Shown piece after piece: positions 41,126-53,668 of a stretch of DNA of 64,000 nucleotides (position 1 is the stretch's first letter; the number at the start of each line of letters is the position of its first letter). The notes under the pieces are model-generated. The model was not told the DNA's origin. It made no database searches and saw nothing but the letters and a program-made list of their open reading frames with translations. The translations under genes and the position numbers were made by a program. Location: NCBI GenBank assembly GCA_030390025.1, contig CM059438.1, positions 17,298,001 to 17,362,000 on the forward strand. The letters run 5' to 3'. This DNA comes from Squalus acanthias. Lineage: Eukaryota.

Positions 41126-41832
41126 GGCCTAAAAATTCAGTTGCTTTGCGCCCGGGCGTGGCGCCAACGCCGCCCGCGAAATTCAGCAGGAGGTTAGCGG
41201 CGGCGGTAACCATTAGCGCCCCACGGCGCTGCACCGCCGGCGATGACATCATCGCCGTGCACAGCGCCCCACTCGCACACCGGCTGCGATCTTCGGTAGC
41301 GCCTCGACTTACCGCCGGACGCTATGTCCGACGGGGTCAGGGGGGCCTACCTGTGGCCGGGGCGGCGCTAATTAAAGGCGAGGCGCTAGGCGGCCATTTT
41401 TGTTGCTGGCCGCCTGCCAGCACCTGCCCCGGTTACCGTCCCTGGCCTCCTGACCAGCCCCCCCCTGTGGAGTGCCGGCTGCGCTCTGTGAGCCCGGCAC
41501 TTCTCTTGAGTGCCGGTCTCTTTTGCTAGCACTCCGATCCCTGGTGGCACAACTGGGCCCCGGGTCACGCTGCGCAAGGCCCCTCCCCTTTAAGGGGAGG
41601 AAGGCCTGCAGTACCGCGGCGTGACGTGTCGCAGAGCGTGGCGCTGCGGCACGTAGCGCCGCGATATTCCCTCGCAGCGCACCAAGAGGGAGGCGGGGCG
41701 CTTCCAGTAGCGTCCCACTTCCCTCTTGGGGCGCTACTGATGAATTTCGGCCGCGGGGGGGGGCTAATTTTTTCGGGAGTAGCACCCCAGCGAAGTTAGT
41801 GCCCCAAAGGGGGCGCGACTCAATTTTTCCCC
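41126..41832. mobile_element. GC/CpG-rich MITE (PIF/Harbinger-like), related to 59580-60350
   Basis: Imperfect TIRs ggcctaaaaattcagttgc / gcgactcaatttttcccc; internal gatgac(a/g)tcatcgcc and ttaaa(a)gg(c/t)gagg..gccatttt shared with the 59580 copy. Confidence 0.8.
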
Positions 41833-41894
41833 TAAGAAGTATTTAAAGGGTGAAATAAAGCGCATGTGTGTAAGCACATGCAGGCACACTTTCT

Positions 41895-42292
41895 TTGAAT
41901 GCATTTTCAGGATGTGGGCATCGCTGACAAGGCCGACATTTATTGCCCATCCCTTGAGAAGGTGGTGGGCTTCCTTCTTGAACTGCTGCAATCCAAGTGG
42001 TGAAGGTGGTGCCACTGTGCTGTTAGGTAGGGAACTCCAGCAATAATGAAGGAACGGCGATATATTTCCAAGTCAGGATGGTGGGAAACTTGGATGTGAT
42101 GGTGTTCCCATGCACCTGCCGCCCTTGTCCTTCTGGGTGGTGGAAGTTGCAGGTTTGGGAGATGCTGTCGAAGATACCTTGGTGAGTTGCTGCAGTGCAT
42201 CTTGTAGATAGTACACAGTACACTGGTGGTGGAGTGAGTGGATGTTTAAGCCAGTGGATGGGGTGCCGATCACGCAGACTGCTTTGTCCTGA
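41895..42292 (-). mobile_element. FADDCT-family LINE 3' fragment
   Basis: MHCSNSPRYLRQHLPN..HHPDLEIYRRSF plus the family 3' UTR. Confidence 0.88.
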
Positions 42293-45200
42293 ATAGTACA
42301 TAATGTATTTCACCCATTAAATATTTCTGGTCTTTAAAATATCCATTTGCTTTCAAAAAGCATATTTTTCAAATTGATGCCACTGTTGATGAAATAAATA
42401 TATTCTGTAAATAAACTGAAAAATGAATGTAATTTTTAATGGTGGGGAACAAACGGTGAATTGGGATATCTAAAAAGAAAAGAATTAAATTTGGTAATAA
42501 ACCTTGCACTTATATATGGAAAAAAAAGTTTCAAAAAAACAGCTTTTGTGCATGGTTGAATTTGGTTTCCTGTTTGAATTTAATATGGACAAACACCTGT
42601 TTTACACTGCAAACGCAAATCTGAGACATGTGCTGAACATAGCTGGAAGTTTGTACACTTGACCCAACTTCCTGTTAATGATTCCAACCTAGATGCCAGA
42701 TATGTGGAGTCCTCAATATGTCTGCAAGCTAAATTTTTTGCTAAAATGCTTTACACTACTTTAAAAACTGAACCACTTCTTACACTGCCAACCTTAAATT
42801 AGGACAGTTTCAGAACTGATGAAATCCAAACACGTCAGTCACGTGCGCCTCAGTAATGAAGATAGCTTGAATTTTCTGGCTCATTAACATTGTGTTTAAA
42901 ACAAGGCACTGAGGTTGTAAATTTCTCCTGTTCCTCTTGAGGTTTTAAACTGTCAAGAATCACACATTGGGGAAAACAAGCTGGGGGAATCCTCGAGTGA
43001 CAGGTTCATTAAATTGTCTGAGCTGCAGTATTTGAAAAATTTATCATCGACAACCTGCCAGAAGGATTTGCACATGACAATCTGCTATGTCTTAAAGAGC
43101 CAGTAATTTTGTTCTGTATTAGAAAATCCAAAGTATTTAAGGAACGTTCATTAACCATGGCCTTCTTTGCCCTGTAGGCCCAAGCACCTACTTTAACATT
43201 AATAACCATACACTTTCTCTGAAACAAAAAAAGGCACATAATTCAAACGCACAAGTCAAAATGAGTGCAAGTTTTCCAGATGTTTGGAAGGCTTACTGCG
43301 ACAATTTTACGCAAATCTATGTGGATGAGGTCAGTTTAAGGGTTAATTAAGTGGACTGGCAAAGAATCAGCAGTCTGTATTTTGAAAGCTCTTAAACAAG
43401 AATGTAACAGGTCATTTATTGTGCACTAATGTAATGTACTTAAACACAACAAAACATGATAAATTGTTCAGATAAGAGCTTCTCCTTTCCGTAGTTGATT
43501 TTTCCAAGTTCATTTACAACTTTTTTTAAAAAAAACAATGGTCATGTGTATATTAACACACAGGGCTGAACATTCAATTCAACTAGGAATACTGTCACAT
43601 TCCTGTGTCATATCTCACAGGGGCTTTTAAGCCAAGAGCAGTTAGTTCCGAAAACTAGACACCTAGGGTCTTCTAAACATATGGGATCTCTCATCAAGAG
43701 GAAATATTTGGCCAGCAGAGGCAGCTGCAAATGGTGGCAATCAGCCTAGGATAAGCAATCTGAAGCTTGCCTTGCTATAATGTGCAGCCCACAATAATTA
43801 GAGGGAGAGGCTGGTGTTATAATAGACTGCCAACAGATCAGCTGCCAGCAGCAACAGGTCACATGTCAAAACAGCTAAGCACATTAGTCAACTAACAGGA
43901 AGTGATATATCAGGCCTACTGGCTGAGAGTCAGCTCTCACACTAAATCAGTCCCTCATGGGCCCACAGCTGGTGAAATAATCCCCACAGACCAGGCGTGG
44001 GCCAGTATCAACACCACCCCCTCCCCCTCAAAAAACACACAGAGAATGCTTCCAAGATCAGTAATGGAGGAAAACCCCGTTTAGTTAACATTAGAAAATC
44101 TGTGAAGTACAATTCAATTCCTTTTTATTGCACAAATTTTACTTACATGACCGAAGTTCTGATAATCCCATTTACTGCAGTAAACAGTTTACTTTCTAAT
44201 TCTCCTCCGTTTGCCTCAAAAAATTAATCAAACAACACTTAAAAAAAAAAAATTGCACAATTGGCACCAAACACAAAAAGCACAACCGAATAAAATCACT
44301 TTGATTGAAAACTCACGAATCTCTCAAGTGAAATAAGGGAGTGCATTTGACTAGATTTCTGATTAGTTGAGTTACATGGGCTGTAACTTGAAAAAAATTC
44401 TAAGTAAATCCTCATAGCATCCCAATTTAGGAACTTTCACAAATAAAGTACAACTTTCTTAAAAACAGTAAAAAAGTACTTTTTGCTCTCACTCAAATAT
44501 CATTTCTTCTACTGCATTCAAATAGTTTTTGTAAAGAAAAGAAAGGCACTGGGGTTCAAGATGGGAACTGCCTTTCAGAAAAACCTCTCAACATCTGAAC
44601 CAAGTAAATAGGGCCAGTCTCAAAAAGTATAGGGATGCTTATTTTTGACCGCATCAACCCACCTTGATGCCAATTCATATATTAAATCACCTCTTAAATC
44701 CATACTTTCTGCATGTATTCAAATTCTTGTATTACACCAGTTATGATGCTTTTATGTTTTATGCACCAGTAAGCATCCTTGGGCATTCACCCAACACCAA
44801 ATGCATGGTATGAAATGGCAAGCATGCAACGGTGCACTGTTAGTGAAGCCACCTGGCATAGGATGGGCATCAGCTGCAGCATACAAGTCTGAAGTTGCAC
44901 CAAGAAAAAGGAAAGCTTTCAGAGTTAAAAGCAAACTCTGATGAGCACATTTTAATGACTGAAAAGAGCTGGATATCACACTCACTTTAAACATTGCACT
45001 GGGAAGTCAGTGGGCATGGTTGAGCAAGTGGAGGGAGCACTGCCTTTCCAATTTCACATCAATGCGAGCAAACAGTGGAAATGCAGTTCCCAATTGACTT
45101 GGCTGTGAAAATAGAACTGATATTGTACCGAGTGTGGTATAAAAGCAGCATTAACATATTATTTCTCTTCTCATCCCTCCTTTCTTTCTCTCTCTTTTTG

Positions 45201-45614
45201 TGAGAAAGCAAGAGGGTGAAGTTATCACAGCATCAGTAAAATAGCTCTGGTGAAATGGCTGTTAAAACTGTAGACCCTGCAATTTAAATACAGCCCACCC
45301 ACTATGGATGGTGGGGTATCTCTTCATAGTTCTCTGTTACTTGAGAGCAAAAGAAAGAAAGACAAAAAGCATTTGACTGCCAAACTGGATATTCGTGCGC
45401 ACCATTCAAGCAGAACAAGTGGCTTATTCACATCTACAACTGGGTTGCCTCAGACAATCCAGAGCACTCAACAGATACGCACTTGGTTATCTCCGATGAA
45501 ATCATAATGAGCAACACATGAGCCTCCCCTTTCAAAAAAGGTTTTGACAAAAGTGGTCACAGAAATTATTAAAAAATGAGATGGAAGTATGTAGAAATGT
45601 AAATGTGATTATCA

Positions 45615-45735
45615 ACGAAAGGATAAGGGGCATCAGTTTAACATATCAAAAATTCAGCATCTCCGGCAATGCAGTAACTTCAGTCCTGCACTGAAATGTC
45701 GGCCTAGACTATGTGCACGAGTCCATGGACTTGGA
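45615..45735 (-). mobile_element. Deu-domain SINE 5'/central fragment
   Basis: cagtttaacatatc..aatgcagta..cagtcctgcactgaaatgtcggcctagactatgtgc. Confidence 0.55.
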
Positions 45736-46006
45736 AAAAATCCGATCAATAATTTTAGAAGTTACATTGGCAAGGAGTTTATATTCAATTCCACCATAAT
45801 TACAGATTTGCAATCCAACACACTGATGGTTTCCTATCCAATCATTTATAAAATGAGGCAAGCTAAGTAAAAAGTACTTGCCAAGTTTGGTTAAAATTGA
45901 AACAAGTTTTGAAGGTAATGAAGTGATTCATCACATCTGACAGATAAATGGATAGCATCCATTTTATAAGTCCTGTCCTGTCCTCATGCGACGTCTATAC
46001 ACATAT

Positions 46007-46657
46007 GGAGTCATTTTAATCTTATGCCCAAAACGGGCACAATGTCAGTGATTCCTGCTCAGCACCCGCCCGAAATCACTGTCCGGAGGCCTGAACCATT
46101 TTCAGGTTTGGACCTCATTTGAATTCCACCATTGAGCTGTGGGAGCCAAACAGGCACTCCACTGCAACTCACCGGTTTTACAAGGCCGAGAATCGTCCGG
46201 CTTCCGCACGGAGCCAGATAGCAGGTCAGATCTGTAAGTGGGGTAGGGGTGGGGAGATGATACCCCGGAGAGGGGGCAAACGTGGGCCTGCAGTGGATTT
46301 CTGGGGCCCCCCATGATACATTCCTCGCCAAGAACTTTCCCACACCATTTTTGGAATGGTCTCCAGTGGTCCCTTTAAGGACTGCTGGTTAAGCCGCTCA
46401 ATGCCTGATACAACTGGGTCCGGCATGCACGGTACCCAATTGGACATGAAAATGGCGTAGGACCCCGATTTGGATATTTAAAGTCTCCTGCCTGTTTTGG
46501 TCAGGAGTGCTGGCCATCCATTGAAAGGCCTGCCTAAAAATTGAAGCAGACAGACCTCACGCTTCAAAGGAGCATTCAAGGTGCCCACCCAATTTCTCTC
46601 TGCTGGTCGCGATTTTTCAGGTGACAAACGGAGGAGTGGCAGTTGAAAGTCGCCGCC
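46007..46657. mobile_element. MITE-like insertion inside a SINE-B copy
   Basis: SINE-B sequence ..cctgtcctcatgcgacgtctatacacatat resumes as atattttccagcagg; degenerate GG..CC termini; internal ccctttaaggac shared with the 48016 element. Confidence 0.65.
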
Positions 46658-48015
46658 ATATTTTCCAGCAGGATAGTGATCAGGAACAGTAACTGGCCAA
46701 ATACTTCCTTCTCCCCCCACCCCAATCCAAAGCTCAGGAACACCAAGGTCAATTATAGTGCCCCTATCGTAGTCTGACTCAGCTAACATCAAGGATTAGA
46801 CTTGGAACTATCTTGATCTCTATGGCTCAGAACGTAATTGATGTGGGAGTGTCCTGCACTGATGGAGGCTCTTCCTCATCTTGATAAGCACAAAATATTT
46901 GCCTCTGTTGATTAAATTCATATATGTTGGGAGGAATATTACCTCAATATGTGTTTTTTTTTAAACTGGCACAGGGTGCAACCATCTTTTTGAAGGTTTT
47001 GTGGGGACTATTCATTCACAATGTCTATGGCATTATGGATCCAAGGTAAAGCTATGCAGACACACAAGCATATGATCAAGTTCAAGCTGAAAATACAGGT
47101 GTACACTGGTAAACTGAGCACGTGCTCATTGTGGACTATGCACAGTGGGAAAGACTGCCTACCCTGTTTGGAAACAAAGTGTGCACTCTGCCATCAAAAA
47201 TCTTGCAGTCCGTGCTCCTTTGTAAAATATTTCTCAAGTAAGGAAGAGATGGCACTATAGCAACACATACTACTCCACATCCAGACTAGAAGATGGTGGT
47301 TTTGCAAGGCAGGCTGTTTCTCGCTATTCCGGAACTAAGCCTACGCACAAAATTCAAAAGGATGACCTTGCCCCTTTAACTGAAGTGCTCCAGTGTTTTG
47401 ATGACACAGTGCACTTTTATTGGAAGTTTTACAATGCATGTTCAGTGTTTTCCCAGACACTCAGTTTCTTGTACACACACCACCATGCTCAGTAAACTAG
47501 AGGCTTTCAAGCTTAGGGTACAAACGTATCTACTGATAGACTGGCTTGCACAGCTGTAGGGTCCAGTTTTGTTGGTCTACAGAGACCAATTGAAAGCCCA
47601 TATGACAAAAAAGTTATTATACAACCTCTCTTTCAACATAAATCTCTCTCTAGCAACGCTTCAAGCTTTGCTTAAATGGCAATTTAGTGTCATCATTTAA
47701 ACACTGTTATTAGGCCCCAAATCTCTATTTTTTTTAAATAAAAACAGGCCGCATTAAAAAAACTCTCATTCGCCCTTCCGCACCAAAATCCTGAAACAGC
47801 TATTGGGCAGTGCTAATATATCTGGTTACTTTTCAAAGAATATTTCCTTTTATTTTAGACTTGAAGTTACATCGGTTGCTAAAATGGGGCAAATATGATA
47901 AAAGATAGCACACGAAAAAGAATCAGCAGTTTTAGGTAATCAATTGACTAATATAACATCTCTAGCATTTTTAACAATCATTAGGATGTAGGATATCAAA
48001 GTAAAATAACTTGAA

Positions 48016-48614
48016 GGTCTAGAAATTGAATCGCATGTGAATCGGAGTGCGATCCTGGTGCAGCGCACTCTGTATGTGCCTAATAAGACTGGCGGCAGGA
48101 TAATGGCAAATTAGCCCTCTGGCCTCATTAAGATAGTAGCGGCAAGCTGCGGGCACCAGAAGCAGCTCGCCGGTCCCAGGGGTCTTTAGTTATGTCCGGG
48201 AGCAGGGGAGGCAATCGGGAGGGAGGGCGAGCGGTGGCTGGCAGCGGCCCGCGGTTTTAATGTGCAGCCGAGAGCAGCACTCCTGCTCCTCCTGGCTCCA
48301 CATTAAGCTAAATAAAAAACACTTTAAACTTACTTTTTGGGTGGAAGTCTCCAATAGTCCCTTTAAGGACCACTGGTTTGGTTGCAGTGCGCCTGAGTAA
48401 ACTGACCCACATCGTGCATGGTGCATGCTGCGGATAGCTGCAAACGATTATTACAAAAGGGCCTGAAACCATCATAAGCAAAGAGCCTAATAACAGTTTC
48501 AAGCAGGCGTGCTGGACGACTACAGGGCGCCCTACCCAATATGGCAGCAGTGCACTTCTGGTGCGGACTGAGTCATGTCATATTGGATCCTGCAGCGCCT
48601 TTTTTTGCCCAAAC
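48016..48614. mobile_element. PIF/Harbinger-like non-autonomous element, right end truncated
   Basis: Left end ggtctagaaattgaatcgc is near-complementary to the right end of the transposase-bearing copy (atgattgaatttctaggtc, 11225-11243). Confidence 0.65.
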
Positions 48615-48841
48615 TTGGAGGTGGTGGTGTTCCCATGCGTCTCCTGCTCGTCGTTCTAGGTGGTAGAGGTCGCGGGTTTGGGAAGTGCTTTTGAAGAAGC
48701 CTTGGCGAGTAGCTGCAGTGCATCTTGTAAATGGTACACACTGCAGCCACATTGCGCTGGTGGTGGAGGGAGTGAATGTTTAAGGTGGTGGATGGGGTAC
48801 CAATCAAGCGGGCTGCTTTGTCCTGGATAGTGTCGAGCTTC
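48615..48841 (-). mobile_element. FADDCT-family LINE internal fragment
   Basis: KLDTIQDKAARLIGTPSTTLNIHSLHH..MHCSYSPRLLQKHFPNPRPLPPR. Confidence 0.88.
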
Positions 48842-49941
48842 TGTCTCAAAGGAGGAGCGAGGCAAGGTTCTTCACCGTTAGCCATCCCATTCAATGTCTT
48901 TGTCAATAATATGATGATGGCATCATAAGGGAAGGCCTCAGAGCGTCTGTTAGGCATTTTCTGAAAGAACTGCAGCACTCCTTTTCAGAGATGATGCTGT
49001 GTTTCTAGTAAACTCATCAGAGGACATGATGGCTATTTTTCGGACTTTGAACTCCCAGTAGGGAGTTTTGCCTACCAAGAGGGAATATTCCTCAATCCAT
49101 GCCCCAGACACCCAAGGAAATAAATCTTGTATCATAAATACTTCTGTTCCCCTTCAGAATTTCCAGGTCTGTCACTGCAAACACTACACTTTTGTGTACT
49201 TTCATCCTCCCTGCACTACAAGTGGTAAAATATTGGGTGTATTTGCAGCTTTAGTTACAAGTTCATGCCCCACTACACTCAGTATAACTAACTGTTTTCC
49301 CATATCACAGGCAAGGCCTTGAGGTGTTGGACTTCACAGCAAAACAGGCCAAATTACAAATTGTGATTCCCAAAACACTGATAAAAGGCATATAATCCCA
49401 TGTAATAAAAACTAAATTGAACTTATTCATTCACCTAAAGTATTGGCCATGGTCACAAGACTATGTAAGTGGGCTGTGTTTTTTAGTTGTCCACTGTTTT
49501 TTGAGTTGTCAGCTTTATTGGGGTTGTGTCAGCTTTTGTGAATTTTCAGGTATGCAGGTGTAGGTACAATCCATTTTATCTTGAAAGTGAAGGGTCTCTG
49601 TAACCCATTTTTAAATCTTGTACCAAAGAACTACTTTATATTGCTATGACTTCCATTTACAGAAGCAGTTGATCCAGAGGCATACAAGTACCACATGCAT
49701 GCATACTAAACACACTACAACTGCAGTGCATTAAAGTGCTTACATGTGCCACAGATATTGCTGCAGAATGTTTATTTCAAGTTGCCGGTAAAATTTAGCT
49801 AGGAGTAGTCAATGTTAAATGCTTACACGTGTTTGTAATGTAGTGAAAATGCACTAGCACGAAAACATGCTAATGTATCTGCTGAATGCAACCCCACGGA
49901 TGGATAATGAATGCCTATGAAGCCATTAAAATGACCCTTAA

Positions 49942-50392
49942 AGGAAAATGTTACTGTAGGGAGAAGTACTGTCAGAGTAAAGTACTACCCCCCTTTTTGT
50001 GCCCCAAAGCATTTGATTTTCAACAGACTTGTACCTTTGAAGAATAATCATTAGTTGAAGGGCTCCTCCGCAGAGCATGACAGTTCAAAATGTTGTGGAA
50101 GCGGGAGCTGAGGGACCTTCAAAGAGTGTGTCCACTAGGCGCCATTGAGTGCAGCATAGTTGGTATGTTTACATACTGACTGGAGCTGTCTTTTTTCTTT
50201 TTAAAGTAATCCCTGCCTAATTTTGCTGTGTTCTCAGCTAACTGCTTCCACGAAATGTCAGAAAACTGCAAGCCCTTCAACTAATGATTACTCTTCAAAG
50301 GTTCATAACCGCTCAAAACAAATGCTGTGGGACATGTGTGCTGATTACTTTAGATCTTCAGTACTTCCCTCTCCCTCCAGTGATATTCCCCT
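49942..50392. mobile_element. Kolobok/T2-like MITE
   Basis: TTAA|AGG ... CCT|TTAA with about 45-bp degenerate inverted ends (actgtaggg..aagtactg..taaagta vs tacttta..cagtactt..ccctccagt). Confidence 0.7.
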
Positions 50393-51675
50393 TTAATGAT
50401 TACTATTTAAGGAAAAGAAAAACTGGGAAGTAACCATTTCTAGGATGATTTTCGACAATTTAACTCCTGGGATCTTTGTTGGAGCCTCTCTGGAACCATA
50501 AGTTGAAGTGCTGAATTAAACTGCAACTGACACAGTTGACTAAGTTCATTGTTCAAACCCTAAAAGAGACCTGGAAAAACTTGTGAATAACTCGATTTGA
50601 AAACAAGTTGAATTCACTCTATTTCATCCTATATTTAAATGTTGTCTATTTTAACAATTACAAGTAATTAGAAATTTCAACCCATTCACCCTAATTAATG
50701 AAAATCTAATTATGCAAATTAAGCACATATGAAACAGGTGCCGTCACCTTAAATAATGTCATAAACTATCATTCAAAGACTGCAACTAATGACAAATGTT
50801 AGACTTGCATTCCTAAATTTAGAGAATGTTGGGTTACCTATTATAGGCATAGTCTACCTCACTGTTCAAATGTTACACAACCTCCACAGATACATGAATA
50901 GCCATCATACAAATGGGGGAAAACACTGGAGCTTCTATTTTTGATAATTTGATGTTATACATGGGCCATCTTAATCATCTGGTCTTCACTCACTGCGATC
51001 TGTACATATTAGCATCATCTGGAAGTGTACCACAATTATTTTCTAAAGGCGCACCCAGCAGGGAAATTGAGCTGATGCAACAAGAAAATTAAATACACAT
51101 GAAAGGAAGGTTGAAATTTGCACCAAGTCAAACAGAGAGCTTAAAGACATGTTGAGGGCCAAGTATAGATGATCCTACATTCTTCCTCATTTGTTCAAAC
51201 TCTATATACAAATTATAGCAAAATAGTACAGAAGAACAGAGACTTTTGTGTGATAATGTTAAGGCCAGCTTGGAGCAAAGCACTTACCACTTTAAACTGG
51301 CATCCAGACAAAATGAATACATCAAACATGTGTATTACTACATGCAGCCGTCTTGCAGAAGGTATCACCAGAAAAGGGGTTGTATATTGGCCAACAATGT
51401 GGCCACAGGAGAAACAGAAAGACAGATTTCGTTAAATGGCTTGTAATGGTTTTGCTTAATATTTTCTTACCTAATGAGACTAGCAACTTGACAGATATCC
51501 TTCGTATTGATACAGAATAGTAAAGCTCGTAATTATCAATACATTCCTACTTCTGTTTAAGTAGTGTGCAACAGCACGTAAAAATTTCAGCACAATTTCT
51601 TGGGATAAATAAAACCCAAAATGGAATTTTGGCATGAATTTCAGCTTTGGTCTGAAGTCTGCCCTGTCAGCATGC

Positions 51676-51770
51676 TGATCAAAATCCTGGAACTCCCTAT
51701 GTAACAGCACTATGGGAGCACATTCACCACACTGACTACAGCGGTTCAAGTAGGCCGCCCATTGCAGACT
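51676..51770 (+). mobile_element. FADDCT-family LINE 3' scrap
   Basis: tcaaaatcctggaactccct..aacagcact..cagcggttcaag matches 25840-25910. Confidence 0.75.
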
Positions 51771-52122
51771 GCGCAAACCCCTCCCCCCCCGCCCTGCAAA
51801 GAAAATACTGAGGAAAAATTATATTTGTAGAGTCAGGAGCATGTGGTCTTGGTGATCTTAAATTCATTTTCTGATCACTCTCATTTTGTCTTGCATGGTT
51901 AGGAAGCTGGTTGGTGGTGTGCACCACCTTTTTCTCTCCATTCATTCCCTGTTATGTGGGCGGTGCTGGCAATATCGGCATTTATTGCCCATCTGTAGTT
52001 GCCTTGAAAAAATGGTGGTGGGCCGCCTTCTTGATCTGCTGCATTGTATTGGTTTGATACAACTGAGTGGCTTGCTAGGCCACTTCAGAGGGCATTTAAC
52101 AATGAACCACATGACGTGGGAC

Positions 52123-53138
52123 TGTTAGTATTTTTAGGCACCCCTAGTTTCTGTGTTTAAATGATAAGTTTCGTTTTCCTGGAAAGCTTGCATTAGAATT
52201 TGAGACAGTCTTTTTAATCAGTTAGATTAGGTGAAACATAAACATTCCACACGGGGGCCCATAGGATGGTCCTGCCAGGCTAGTTATCTGTTGTTTGTAA
52301 GTTAGGGTTTTGACTTTGTTAATGTATCTTTAATTTGGCCAGTGAAGGCCCAACCTATGTTTCTTCCATTATTACTGATAATCATATTCTAATCTCCACA
52401 GATAGAATTTGGAGTTTTGTTTAGCAGAACTGCTTGTGAAGATAATTAAAAGTTAATTAGGAAAAGACATAGAATGAAAGGATTTTGAGGAGGCTAAGGT
52501 ATCCATCTTAGAATGGGCCATTTGCTAGATGAAGGTGAGATAGCCCAAGCAGCTGCAAATTGCTATGTATTTCGAAAGGGAAAAAAAGGTATAAAACAAC
52601 AGCTATTGAACACTGAAAGCAGCGTAATTCATGGGAAGTCTGGCTATGTAAAAGTTCTCAGAGAAAAGATCACAGCAGAAAAGGGGAGGGAATCATGAAG
52701 GTCAGAATGGTGAGATAGCGACTGGTTAATGTGCGACAGCTCTGGCTGGGCCATGAAGAAGGACAGGGCCGGACCTTGTACTTGCTGGGTTAAGGGGGAG
52801 AGAGTAAAAAGAGATAAGATGGATTCCAGTGGAGGAACCTTCAAAATGTAAAAACAAAGATGAAGTAATGAGACCCTCTTTTGGGGAGGGCTTTCATCCA
52901 AGCACCATCACAAAGAACTTGAGCTGTCATTGGTTGATGAAGTTTTGGAGGAACCTCTATAGGTTAAATGGTCTTGTCAATAGCTTGGCCTCAGGCCCAC
53001 CCCTAAAAAGAGAATAAAAAGTGACACCCCAAGGGCTTGCACACAGACGGTGGAAGGGAGAGCCAAACAGAAGTTAAAAGAGAAGTTGGGCTGGTCGAAC
53101 GCTCTTTTGAGAGTGAACCCATGCTCACCATCGAAGGC

Positions 53139-53204
<66 letters not shown>

Positions 53205-53370
53205 CCAGAACCCAGAGAACTGTTCACGCATACCAGTCGTCTGTCTGGTCGAATGTTTTTGCTGTATTACTAGTGTGTTATATTCCGTCCTAAACTCTGA
53301 TTAAACACAATATCCCCACCATATTGGTTTGCACTCGATCCTGTTTACCAGAGATACGTGAATCTCTACA
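52123..53370 (+). mobile_element. Solo LTR (1248 bp) of an LTR retrotransposon or ERV
   Basis: TGT..ACA termini; perfect 4-bp TSD GGAC (52119-52122, 53371-53374); TATAAAA about 52590, AATAAA about 53014, ATTAAA about 53300; host SINE is contiguous when it is removed. Confidence 0.88.
53141..53202 (+). repeat. (GA)31 microsatellite inside the solo LTR
   Basis: Uninterrupted GA run. Confidence 0.98.
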
Positions 53371-53612
53371 GGACTGAAGTCACATGTAGCCCAGATCGGG
53401 TAATGAGGGCAAGTTTTCTTACGTAAAGGACATTAATGAACCAGTTGGGTTTTTATAACAAAACAACAGCTTCATGGTCACTTTTACCGATACCAACTTT
53501 TTATATCCAGATTTTTTTAAAATGAATTCAAATTCTCAAACTGCCATGGTGGGATTTGCACTAATTCTCTGGCTTATTCTTCCAGACCTCTGGATTACTA
53601 TTCCACCAATAT

Positions 53613-53668
53613 TACATAGCATTATACGGCACAGGAACAGGCCATTCGGCCCAACGAGTCTGTGCTGC
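53613..53668 (-). mobile_element. Very short CR1 3' end inserted in the SINE-C head
   Basis: acatagcattatacggcacaggaacaggccattcggccca; aatat occurs on both sides. Confidence 0.55.

Noticed and set aside
41126-41832. CpG-island promoter or GC-rich ORFs (also 59580-60350 and 28528-29019)
   Set aside because: Explained by TIR-bounded MITEs; ORFs arise from stop-codon depletion in GC-rich DNA.
52977-53304. ORFs with RE/SL repeats
   Set aside because: Translations of the (GA)n microsatellite.
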